From Balanoglossus misakiensis (Eukaryota > Animalia > Hemichordata), in contig CM082595.2 in the NCBI GenBank assembly GCA_040954595.2, positions 6,288,137-6,352,136 on the forward strand: 64,000 nucleotides of DNA, written 5' to 3'. The notes under the pieces were generated by a model. The model did no database searches, had not been told where the DNA came from, and saw only the letters and a list, made by a program, of their open reading frames with translations. The position numbers and the translations under genes were made by a program. Shown in pieces: positions 25,701 through 38,271 of the stretch; position 1 is the first letter of the stretch; the number at the start of each line of letters is the position of its first letter.

Positions 25701-27717
25701 ACTAAACCACTCTCTAGGGGTGCATTGGCCAGAATATAATGCCTCGGGCTACTTTTAGTCTCTTTACGCATCCGCTATTTCTTGTGCACTTAATTGGAGT
25801 GTTTGGGGCTTGGGTCGCTATCTGAGAAACGAAAATCTTGATATCGCTTCGGGTGATGTTCTCTGAGAACATACAGTGCTATCTTCGGGTACTAAATCTG
25901 CTAAAAGTAATTATCTCGACGTCGCTTCATCTGTAGAGTGGTTTCCCTCTTGTCTCAACAGTTCCTCACCAAGACTAATTATATGCAAACAAATAATGAG
26001 GGTGTTTATTGTTGAGGTAGTATTAGCTATTTTCAGTTTGTAATGGCAAATATACTTATTTGATTGAGGTGCGTATTTTGTATTATCTCAACTCTTCAGT
26101 CAAAGATATTGGTGTCATCCGACGTAGTTTATTACCTTTGATATTCATATTTCTCCATGACCAGACACCCCCAGAAATGTTCTGTGCATCATGTCATGGT
26201 GACGTTACACAGGTACAATTGGCGACACCTGCGATGTAGTTATGTGTGGGTGCTTGGATGTAGTAACTTCTGTATATGCAATTCAAAAAAATTTCCAAGG
26301 AGAGCATATCTTGCACTAATATTATAACATTGTCAGGTTTTGAAGGGTTTCTAGTGCCTATGTTTTTTGAAAGCCCACCCTGTCAAATTGCGCAAATTGA
26401 ACAGATATAAGTCAGTCTTCTCATTTATAACACTTTTGTCCACAAGCCTGCTCAGCCAAACAGAGGAATCAATCTGTTCAAATCCCAACATCTGGCTAAT
26501 CGCACTGTTATTTATCATGATGAAAATTCCCATATGTATCTTCAGTGAGATGTTTATCGCGGCACCTGTCATTGCATCATCCACACTCATCCTAGCCATC
26601 AGATATGTATTGAACCCCAAAAGAATCCATCGTACTGTGGGTCTCCAATAACATTTCTCCAATACCGCTTTTAGTGCAAGTATAAATAAGGAGACACTGT
26701 TGTCTCGTTGTCCTGAAATCGCTACGAGTGATAGATACAATATTAGATAAGCTTGTCCCTCATTAATTTTTCATGCAGCTTTTCTGTACCACTTACACAT
26801 TAAATGGATACATTTTTACATTGCCCATCATGTGTGTGGGCTACACTATTGTGATGCATGGTTGTGTGTCAATATGTTTTTGCAAGGAAAGATCGCACCT
26901 GCTACTCGGCCAAATCACTTAGACATCACCCTGATCCTCATTCAATGTAAACAATTTTAATGGAATACATCCCCAGCATAGCTTTTTCGTAAATCTCAAA
27001 TGGGACCACATGAATATTCAAAATTTATCTAGTTAAAGCTGTGCCCAAATGATTATGAACACAGGTGGACTGAAATTGCCTCCGTCGCTATTTCTATAAC
27101 TGTATTGTACTTCTAACTTATTTGATAAACGAAAAACTATAAAGGGTCCACCTACTTACAACCTAATCGTTGTAATTTAAACATTCTGTCACACTTCTTG
27201 ACGCAGGAAAATTGTCAAATTTTACTACGCCAGGACAATAGGCAACCACGTCACTGAACTTTTAGATTGCATCTGAGTAAATCTCATGCGCATTCACAAA
27301 AATTGAGACATCTTCGCAAAGTACACGTGACTAAGGAGTTTTAAGGTGTGCCTTTTTAGTTGGCAAGAATGGCCCTGAGATTTAGTTATTAGATATATAC
27401 TACAAGAGGATTGTTTCAAAGCCTGTTTTGTATATAGTTTAGTGAGTCGCGAAATAGAATCCTTCAATCAGTTTTGTTTTATAATTATTTTCCTATTATC
27501 TCTATTCACCCATCAAATCCCTCTTCTCTTCAAGCGTCTTCGCTGTGTGTGACATTTCTTTCCGTCAGCATTTTGTGTCCTCCCAGCTGGTTCCGTTTGG
27601 CGCATTATCAAAAATGAATTAACAATGGCCGGTATTGTGCGCATAAATCATTTATCACTTTGTGCCGTTTATCAGATAGTCGTGACTTCAATATAGCGCG
27701 CGAAGTAATTGTTTCAG

Positions 27718-27731
27718 GTTTCCATGGAAAC
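27718..27731. promoter_or_regulatory. Palindromic RFX X-box-like motif
   Basis: Perfect 14-bp palindrome GTTTCCATGGAAAC, overlapping CGTCA, in a locally CpG-rich patch. Confidence 0.35.
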
Positions 27732-30700
27732 GTCACGCGGCGGCTGTGTTTATTTGCCCGTGAGAGGAACAAGAATGGCCAAGAGAAGCGTTTGTTATTG
27801 CGAGTCCCGATGAATGGATCTGTTGTTCCACAACTCTCTTTGATTTATGCACGCACCCCGACTTGATTTAATTTCGGTTTGTTAATATTCTGATGTTATG
27901 AATAATATTTAATCTCAAAAGCTGAAACGTTCTCTGACAAGCGCAATCCATCACACCCCGCGGGCGCGTCTTGATAATTTGAACGCAATTAAAACGGCGA
28001 GTTAAAAGTAAACATTGTATGTTACATATGTCTCTGGAAGTGCGAGATTTTAATATGACGTTTCCCTAACATCCAAGCAACACAAATCAAGATAAACTAA
28101 AACAAATTGGTTCGAATTTAGGTGCTGTAGTCCCATGAAAATACATTTTTCGTGCTTTTCTATTAATTATGATGGAGTTGATGACGATCTTGCCAACAAA
28201 TGAGCTTTACTATTTTGATGGTGTTATTTGCAATTGCAATCCCCCACCAATTGCTTATGTGTTACTGTAAAAGTCGCGTTAAAACTTACAGAAGAAGACT
28301 GTGATAGGTATACTTTGAATGGTGGAAAGTTGTCCCAATCCTTCACCGGATGACACGTGACTTACGATCAGCATTTTATTTGATGATGTGCAACATACAG
28401 CTGTTAACCGGATGGACATACCATTTCTAGTACCATACAAACATTAACTATTACCCATCAAGATAATTCAATTTGTCAAGTATTCTAGTTTTCTGAACAA
28501 GTCACGTTCCTTAGATGTTTCTAAGTATACTCCTTGAAACCGTGATTCATTATTGAATAAAGTGAGTCTTGGCGACCACTTTATGTGTGCTTAGACACAA
28601 ATATTACACATAACATAGAAATAACACAGACAAACATCAAAACATTAGTTGCCAAAAGAACTTTTATTTAAGATATGATTGTATTCGAAAGTGAAATTAC
28701 ATGTAGCTCCAGGGAACGAAATATCACTTTTATCTCTAACCATCACTGGAAACAAGCAAAGAAACACTATATGTAATGGATTTATTATGCACAAAGTAAT
28801 TGGGGGATATCATATAGCAAGTTATGAATGAAATATTGATAGCAGCACAAAGATTTACACTTAAACATATTAAAGGTTGATAACGCTTAGATAATTTAGA
28901 GATCAGGCAAGGATTAGTTACGCCTCTTGTAATTATCTCACAAACATTGGACCAAATGTGGCCTCAAAATCACAATGCTGAGTTTCATGATCATCTTCAC
29001 AGGAATCAGAATATCATATCGCTTGGAATTCACGCATGAAAACGTTGTAATAAAAACCAGCCCCATAGACCTTACGTTGCAAAATCAATTATTATCATGA
29101 TCTCAACTCCTACTGATTGTACCAGGGTATCAGGGGTAACAAAAATCGACTAACCGAGATTTCCTGTTTAATCACACACTCTTACCACCAAGTCATCAAC
29201 TAAATATTTAAGTACAATTCTTTAAATTGGGCATGCACTGATTCTGTGTATTTGCCTGTGATGTATTTAGAGGTTATAAACAGCTAGTGAGGGTATTTGG
29301 TTGTGTGTTTAAGATCTCTCTGGTGAAAATTAGTACATTTGACAGGAAAGAATCAAAGAGCTAAACTCAGAATTACTGGCGTGCTCTGCCTTATTCTCAG
29401 AAACCTTTAAGTTTCAGGAAGATTTAAAAGTTCATTTGAAAGCTGTCATAAATCTGTTCTGTATCTTCTCTATGATGTTTTCGACTATGTTTGTCTTCTG
29501 TATAAGTGTAGAAGTTTTATTTATTTGTTTATTCATACTGACTGTGGACTCCACCGGAGTATGTCCTGATGTCTCATTCAAACACATATTGCATTTGTCG
29601 TTTTCCAAAATTTATTGTAGTGTAGTCACTTGGTTGCAGTTAAACTGGTTATAAAATGCACTGCAACTACTGTTACTTCATTCCAGTGTTATCGTTTGCA
29701 ATTACAGGAATCTCCAAAGTTATAAGTTATTCCTTGTGTTGTGGCGTCTGTTGAATACTCCATAATATTCAAAAGCCAGTCGTTTAGCAGATAGGAAATG
29801 TTTTATCGACATATGTATGCGGATGCACTACTTCGACATCTGTTGCATTTGATGGGCATCTTCAGAACCCCTCCCATTTGAAAGAGCGCTGAATGATTTC
29901 TTGTCACGACATCGTTTCAGAATTTCAATGTCCCCCTTGGGTGCCCCATCCGTTCCTTTATGGCAGCGGCACGATAGCGCACCAAACCGACGTGTCATAT
30001 CTTGAAGTTTTTCTTTTGAATGTACGCCTCATCATTGGCGACGTTCTAACCTGATTTTCGCGACTGGCAAAATTTCAACCGACTCCATTGTGGTGAACAC
30101 GTTCTCTGTCTAATCACCGTGTCAAGCTGAACGCTTAACAATTAACAAACATTCTTGACGTCACTTGGGGCGTGTCATTACAATCACCGGTGCAGGTAAT
30201 CAGGAAAGGCCCCCTGGGTACTTGCAATAATAAACATTGTTTAGAAATACAATTATCTTTCGCTGATTTTATCTCTATTCCTCAAATAATAATAAGACCG
30301 AGTTATCTTCTTTCGAACTTCCCAAAGAACAGCAGCTCTTTAGAATCAAGGGGGTAATATAACTTGACGATGGATGTAAGTGGCTTCGTTAAGATATGTT
30401 TTTCCGTCGTGATTCCTATACTAACTTAACTGAATGCAATGCGAATGAGTAGATGTTTTGGTGAATGACTTTGCCATCATGATTGACAATCACTCAGATA
30501 TTTAAGAGAGTTAATTGACATGTCTATGTCACTTCGTCATGTCAGTCAGGTTTTAGTCTCGTCTAAGTTTCCGCTGTCACAGTATCTGAGCAAAATTAAA
30601 ACTCGCAGTTTCAGTGATTTTGTGGTGGGTATCTGACACTGCCGTCAAACACGGCCTCCCGGATGAAATTTGGTCTTGCATAAGTGTCCTGTTAAGTATT

Positions 30701-31121
30701 TAATCCGGATAGTGAATAATTTACTGATGGCATTTGGCAACTGCATTAGGTATTTAGCCTGCTGGATTACAGTGTCTCCGCAATCCACATCTGCCATAAC
30801 GCCTTCACACATGCACCAAGTCTGCAAATTCACATTATATCATATTGTTTGTCGTGTTCAGCACCTCTTGTAGGCTTTCCAGCTCCGATCATCTTCTCTC
30901 ATAGATGAAACGCAAGTTCAGTCGACTTTGGGAAAGTACTGACTGATCCATGTATTGATACACTGGGCTTAAACCATAATCAAATCATTCACATAAATAT
31001 TTCAAAGGTGTTTTTTTCTGGTAGACGAGGGCGATACTATTTATCCGGAGTAAATGTTGTATATCAAACACAGAGGCAGTACACTATTCAACATGAAAAG
31101 ATTATTGATACATGCACCTGC

Positions 31122-31124
<3 letters not shown>

Positions 31125-31154
<30 letters not shown>

Positions 31155-31167
31155 CATACATACATAC
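31125..31167 (+). repeat. (TACA)n microsatellite
   Basis: Directly visible. Confidence 0.9.
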
Positions 31168-32457
31168 TCATATATCACAAAGGAAATCTTGTCACTTTTA
31201 TCCTAAATGGCGCCCCAAATTAATCTGCAATTCAACGTCGTGAAAAGATTCCACCCGAAATTTCGACTTTGAGGGATTTCTAAGGCGCATTGTCAGTCAT
31301 CTTCAATGAGAATTATCAGTGCAAGGAGATTGAATCTTAATTTAATATTTAGTTTGAGTATTGATGGATGTCCAAAAAAAGATTTTATGGCCCCTTTCAA
31401 TTCATTAATCAGTCACCACATTTTCGAAGGTAGTCGGGAAACCTACTTGTCGTGTGCATTAAGACTCCACATCGTTACTAATGCAAAGAGGACATATAAG
31501 CAATACTCAATAAGCCTGATAAGACATGCACATTACTGCTCATGAGTGACGCCAGAAAGTAATTTAGACATAATGCGAGATTCTAACAACAATAACCTTT
31601 ATTTGTCTATAACTCTGTACAATACTTCAGAGAAAATGAAAAGGGTGGGTATCGTGCGTTGATCGATACACAGCATGCGGTAGACACATCCCGTCGGCGC
31701 GGGAATCGATGTTAGACTCCAGTGAAAGAGTGCGCAGTGCATAGAATCGGTGAAATGCTAAAGTGCGACTGCTATAGAATGCCTATCGACAGAAATAAAT
31801 TTCTGAAACTGTTTTCATTTCGCCCAACGAAAAGTAGAGCTACATTCTATCAGATCAGATGAAGGTTAAGCAAATGTTTTTCGATATTACCCGACTCAGC
31901 GGAGGGATAGATCCCGCAGATATGTTTAGATATGTGAAGTGACTTATGTCACAAGTTTTGTTTTTTATTTCTACAATCAGACATGCCCCCTTTTTATCCC
32001 AAATCTGAAGTATTATCAGTTGAGGTTCTCATCCAGTATCACAACTCTGAAAGAATCGAATGCTTTTGCTGAGTTTTGATTACACTAAAGCTAAATAGGG
32101 TACCGATCTACTTCTTCCGTCTGGAGGTACAGTTTCCGGAAAGTCGCGTTCCTTTAGATGGTGTTTGAGCGAATCCGTTCAACAGTTTACTGCAGAGGAA
32201 GCTGTAGATTGGGATCCTTGCCTCGGGGAGGTTTTTTCTGCGCTTCCGACGAAGAGGGAAAAAAGCACGAGTTTGAAAGAAACGTAGTGTGTGTCTGGCA
32301 TTTTAGTTTGATGCCTCGAGAATAAAACCGACGGACAATTAGGGGAACATAAGAACACGTTCGAAAAGTTGGGTTCAAAGAAGCAGTACTATAGACTCTG
32401 CTCGTTATCAGTGTCTACTAGAAACAACACAATACAATAGTCTTTCGAAATCAAGGT

Positions 32458-32658
32458 TTAGTGGCAACTGCCCATGAACTTCCATCCACTCCATTTGCTG
32501 TTGCAACCCCTCGGGTTGGCGTTGCTGCCGCGCTTCGCTGTGTCTTCTTGTCTGACCTCGGCTTTGTTGTATTTTTTCCAGATTTCTTGAGCCAGTTCTG
32601 ACGCAAACTCTGACACCTCTCCCTGGAACCAATCTTTGAATCTTTCCATTTCTTCAGA
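32458..32658 (-). CDS. Somatostatin/ASTC-superfamily neuropeptide precursor, exon 2 (pro-region, KR site, cyclic WK peptide, stop)
   Basis: Acceptor TTCTTTTTAATCTTACAG, phase 0. Encodes SEEMERFKDWFQGEVSEFASELAQEIWKKYNKAEVRQEDTAKR-GSNANPRGCNSKWSGWKFMGSCH-stop: a dibasic site followed by a C-terminal two-Cys peptide with a WK motif. Confidence 0.82.
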   Translation of the reverse strand, partial: SEEMERFKDWFQGEVSEFASELAQEIWKKYNKAEVRQEDTAKRGSNANPRGCNSKWSGWKFMGSCH

Positions 32659-35600
32659 CTGTAAGATTAAAAAGAACGACATAATGTAACATGATGTTGC
32701 TATATGATTTCATGCAGGTATAGGCAGACATACATACAGACAGACAGCGAAAAAGGGAGCACTGACCTTTTTAGATATTTTTTGCCCAAAAATCTAGAAT
32801 ATTCTGTCTGAGTTTAATATCGTATAGAATAGCCACCTGGCATATAGGGGCAAGCCTAATTGTCTTCGGGGCAGGTGGTATCAATTAGGGCCATCATTTA
32901 GTCACAGGGAAGCTCAAAACACCTGGAAAACGTTTAATAATTGCGCTGCCATGCATTGTGGCTCCATAATAAAGTGATCGAATTGATGAAAATATAGCAA
33001 ACGAAATCCGGACCTAATGTAACCGACGAACACAAGGGATCACTGTCAAGTAACAAATGTGGCGAACAATCCAACGTCATTACCACTCTAATCGTAGTCA
33101 ATGGCTTTGAAAACACCAAACAAGTCATCGGATTAGTAACCTGCCAATCATCTGCATGTATAGACTGTCATTTTATTGCTCGGCACATACAAGTGTTCAA
33201 CAAGCTACTTGAAAGCGTAGTCATAGAAACAGAATCTGAGTGTTTCCAAGGTTTTTTTGAAGGATGGCCCATTCTACCTGTGACATGTGTCGAACTTGGA
33301 TGTTGCATTAAAGTTATACATATGGTCACCTTTCAAATTCAGACACATTGACAGGTAACTTCAACATTGCCATTTTTGAGGGGGTGGCCATTTTTAAAAT
33401 ACCAGACAAAGTAAATTCGTCCATGGTAAAGATTTATGTTAAACACTACTGGGAAAATAATATATAGGCAAGCAATTATATGTTTCATGTTTCTCACAAT
33501 ATCCGTGGGTGTAACGACCTTCAGAAAAATATCTGATCGACCGGTGACGTGTATAAAAACCTGACATTCCATTCCTTTGCTTAGTACGGTTGTCCATTGT
33601 AACATTTTACGCATAAATGTTAATTATTCTCTCTTTTCAAACAGTACTGAATTGCAAAGAAAGTGAAAATATCATGTTGTGAATTTGCACACAGATTACA
33701 TTTCTTATTATAAAACCCTCGCTTGAAATTGTCAGAGAAGAACTGCAATGATTATGTCTGTTGTGTGTATCCAGGGCAAATGTCATCTAATCTTGTTTTG
33801 AAAAATGATCGGCTGAATTCACATATCTTAATCGTTAGTAAAGGTTGTTTGTGAGTCAATCGAAACACTTTACCACGTTGTTATGCTTTTATTGGTGTTG
33901 TTTTCTCGTCTACAATTGGGCTACAGAAAAGAGACAATGGGTTTAGGCCGGTTGCATTGACTGGCTAGGTCGTGTAAATGCCATTAATCTTGGAGGCGAC
34001 CAGGTTTCTAATTACTGCGCGATAGCATCGGTAAACTGAGAATGGAACGAACAGCGAAAAAAAACCCCGCTTTGATAGAGATCGGCTGCCATATCCTAGA
34101 TCAAGTCTGACGATTACCGAAAGCATAGGAAAGGTAATTACGCAGATAAGGACGGCAGAATAAGCGATGCACCGCTCTCCGTTGGCGTGTTCTCGCGGCG
34201 GTGTCATCGCGTCAGCTTAAATCAAGCGTCAGCCGCCGATTAATGGCGCGGAGGAAAGACGAGAGGAAACGCCAATTATGAACGGCAAATAGAAGACGAC
34301 AAATCGAGTGGAATTGATGCCCGCCGATTACCGGGGGTTTAACTAAACACATTGCCGAGTCTTCCGCATGCCGTTAAAATTGCCCGGGACAAATCGCTCG
34401 AAAAAAAAAAAAAAAAAAAATCCCCATCAATTCAATTTCTCTCAATCAGAAATCAAGTTTCGGCATTCATGAATCATTCGATTACGACAACGACGGCGAG
34501 GTTATGTCGAAATTACTCGCTTCACTTGGCTGTGAACACTGGTAATTTTTTCCCCTAAATGAAAACGACAAAATGGGATTTCCAATTACAGTGAAGTCTG
34601 CTCACGTGTACGTCGTCCCGGGCAGAGGAATTCCACTAGAAATGACATTTCCACAAAATTGAGCAAACGATCACTGTCATTGATGCCGTTTTACGTGGGC
34701 GAGATCTGAGAGGCACTAATATCTCTGATGAACGGTCGAGGATGTCCCATTGTTTCTAAATTTAGGGAGATTTTTGTAAAAAAAAAGGAAGAAGCTACAT
34801 TTAAAGGGACAATGTCTACATGTGGATGTATGGTGAATCAACGCTCGACCACGCACATTTTCCATCCCGTTTGTAGGATATGAGAGTAAAAATCTCGCCA
34901 CAATGAATAAATGGTAAAGACCGATTATTCATTTTAGCGAGTATTTCACTTTCGTGTCTACAAGTGAAGTGGGAAGGAAGTTGTGTGTGGTTGAACATGG
35001 ATTCAACATATATCCACATGTAGAATAACGTTGGCTTGTATCAAACATAATTAACGGAAAAGGGGCAGCGAGAGAGAGACTTTGTCCCTTTAAGTCATTT
35101 GCGCAACGGCGTTGCCATATGCTCACTGACATACAATTGTAGTGCCTTCCTTCCACTGCCACGGCAACAGCAATGAAAATATCCCAGATGTGCGCAGACG
35201 CTCCCTTGAGCCATATCATCCCTAGTGTTATCGTTTATAACAAAAGTGAAATATTTCTTATCAACGCCATCGTACGAAAATGAGGGATCTTTTCGGCATG
35301 TGTGCTATCTCGTTGGCATTTAACGAGTTGACGTAATAAATCGTTTTGAAATTAAAAAATGATTAAACATCTCCTTGAAACGTCAGTACTCACAGTTCGG
35401 CTGAAAGTATAAGAAAACAGATATCTGCACGCATCGTATCCGTTGACTGTATCAGCAATTCTTGTATTTAATGTGACTATAGGACACATGTTTGGCCGTT
35501 TTTCATTCAGAAAAGTAGCAATTACTGATCGCGCATTGTGATAACCCTTCATCTCTCTCAGACTGTGATAGCCAAAGAGCAGACGTTCTCTGCCAACCTT

Positions 35601-38101
35601 ATCGCCGTTGGAAAATAAAATTACACTATTTCCATATGCCTCTGTACATTATACATGGATTCAGTTTAAGTTTGTTTTCCTGGTCTGGTTGTGATTACTG
35701 GAAGACGGAAAACGTATTTCACGAAAATAATAGCATTGAAACAGAAGAGTGTAAACTTAAGCAAGAGTAGGAACGTTGGATGAACCATTGGGTTGCAGAC
35801 TACAATTTGTGTCGTGCGGAAATCTGTGTCGTACGTACAAAACAATTCCAGATGAACATCTGAAAAGTGCTTTCATTTTGTGATTATTTGGTATCGTCAA
35901 AAGGGACACAATGCTTGGAGATATTATCAACATTTGGTGATGGTGCAGATCTAGTCTGTGGTAATAGCATGTAATTGTCACATGTTTCTTAAACTTGTGA
36001 CTGATTTACGAAACTGTAGGTTTGTGTAGTTCAGTTTAACTGTGGGTCAAAGGTCGCAAAATGCAATATCGGACGTGATGCAGACCAATCACTGCAGTGT
36101 ACTAATCAGGCAAACGACTGCATGGTGCAGAATTAGACTTCCTTTCCACAGTTATTGTCGTTAGGTAAAATACAGCAATTGGGAATTTAAATACCGTTTA
36201 AATTCCATTCAGCAGAACTGAGCATGGCGAGGCTTTCTCCACCTTGCAAGGTTCATATCCTCGACATCCTAGCACAGCGGCAGATTGGCTAGCGACCTCT
36301 GCCCCCAATTTGGTTTAATAATGATGTCCCGAAGCTCTTGTGTACGATGACAACCTTGTACAGATACAGTATCATCAACCGGTCAATTTGCCTTGTAATA
36401 TCAGAAAACCATCTGTTTTATTTTTTGTATTGGGATGTCATCGCCGACGGCCATTTGTACCTCTATTTCAAATGAAACGTATTTACTGGTGTTCTTGATG
36501 AGCTCAAAGTTTCTATACTCATAACAAATGTTCTGTTCTCGTCTTGAATTGTTTCCCAACGTGGAATTATTTTGAAGACAGTAAACTAAGACAAAGGAGG
36601 TCTTTGCATCTTATAATCAAGCCAGTGGCCCTCTAACGGCATTGTGGCCATTTTCTGTGGCTTCACACTTGTTTAAATTGTGTTTCATGAAGTTATTTTG
36701 TACATCATGGAGTAAACAGGGAACATTCTCTTTTGGTATATTTGGTACATTGTGCCTGAGTAAAGTAAGTGATGGGGAAAGATAAAAGGGACTTTGACAA
36801 TGTTTATGTGATGAAAACTGCCGTTTCAGCAGTTTGGTAGTTTACCGCCAATCTGTACAAATGACATATAGTTGATATTATAGGATTGAAGATTCTGATT
36901 GGACCGATAATTTGTTTTGAGCAAAAAACCTCCAGGCAAAATTCTTGTAAATTTTAAATGTCATCGTAAATAAACTCAAAATTTTACTATAAAACTATTT
37001 TATAAAGACATGCACACATACACACACAAACATTCTATATATCTTAATTATATAATCTAAAATGCAAGCATATTCAGTCAGTTTTTATAATCCATCCTTG
37101 TTGTTAATGATTATGCGCTAAATAAATTGACGGATTGGGAAAGCCAGCTGCGAAACTGTCTGCTATTAAGTACTGAGATTATGATAGTTTGATTAGGTTG
37201 GTGTAATTTACGTTTGAGGTTGTAAATCAGACATAACAGCTTGATGACCAGGGATAGTTAATCATTTGCTATCTGACCAAGGACGGTGTGACGGTAAAAG
37301 ATGGTGGCAATTTACGCCAGCCTTGTTCATTGAAATGACGGCGGACAATAGCGTGTAATCAGTATTCCAAAATTGTGGTGTATTACTGGTAATTAATGGC
37401 GAGACTCATCTGGTTCAATTCGTGGTAACCTTTAATTTCGGAACATGAGCGTTTTCTTAAATGAACCATCATCCGTGTATGTCCAACACGTTTCCTTACT
37501 TGCCAGTGTGTTGGTACAGCATATGAAGAACGTGTTTCGTTCATTCTTAATTAAGAAACCCCAATGGTGATAGAATAATTTCAAATTAGGAAAGTGCTGT
37601 CTCTTATAGCGCAACAGATGTACCGTGATGTTTATTAACAGGCGTGAAGGAAACATTCTTCAGGGCTTTATATTCTAATGAATAGTACATTTTATCTTTT
37701 TTAATATAAATCCAAAGGAAATAATGACCGTAGACTCATAAATCACGTTTACAACGTTTTGCCGCAAAGCAACACGTCAGAATAGGCTATATTCATAAAG
37801 GCAATTGTGTGTATAACTTGTAGATGTGGCGTACTTCTTTAGAAACTTTATGGTACATGTACATGTATGTCTCTAAAGCCAACCCATTCTCCCAGTCACA
37901 CTTTTAAAGATGTCACGTCGCGTGTGTGCCCATACGACTGCTGACGTTATTCCAACCAAACCTCGTGCCGGTTACTATGTGTTTGTTTCGGTTTTGGGTC
38001 TCTGATTTCAATTTGACTTTAAAACCTTTGCTATGTTTTATGAGAATGCGTTTGTGAACACGCACGTACATGTATGTTTGTGATGCACATTGTATCACCC
38101 T

Positions 38102-38271
38102 TTAAAGGTATACGGCCACCTCCAATTTACATACGCCATATATGCCTGAGTGTTTTAAAGAACATATGGTGGCACTCGCGTGTGCCAACCACTGAAAATC
38201 TATGATTGGCTAGATCTCAATTTGCGATGGTAACTGTAGCTATACTTGCATAGGTGACCATATACCTTTAA
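38102..38271. mobile_element. TTAA-flanked MITE (Kolobok-like termini)
   Basis: TTAA-AGGTATACGGCCACC...GGTGACCATATACCT-TTAA imperfect TIRs. Homologous ends at 22658-22746 and, inverted, near 54219-54305. Confidence 0.7.

Noticed and set aside
30156-30163. Perfect CRE palindrome TGACGTCA (another at 19833-19840)
   Set aside because: An 8-mer is expected roughly once per 64 kb by chance, and there is no supporting promoter context.
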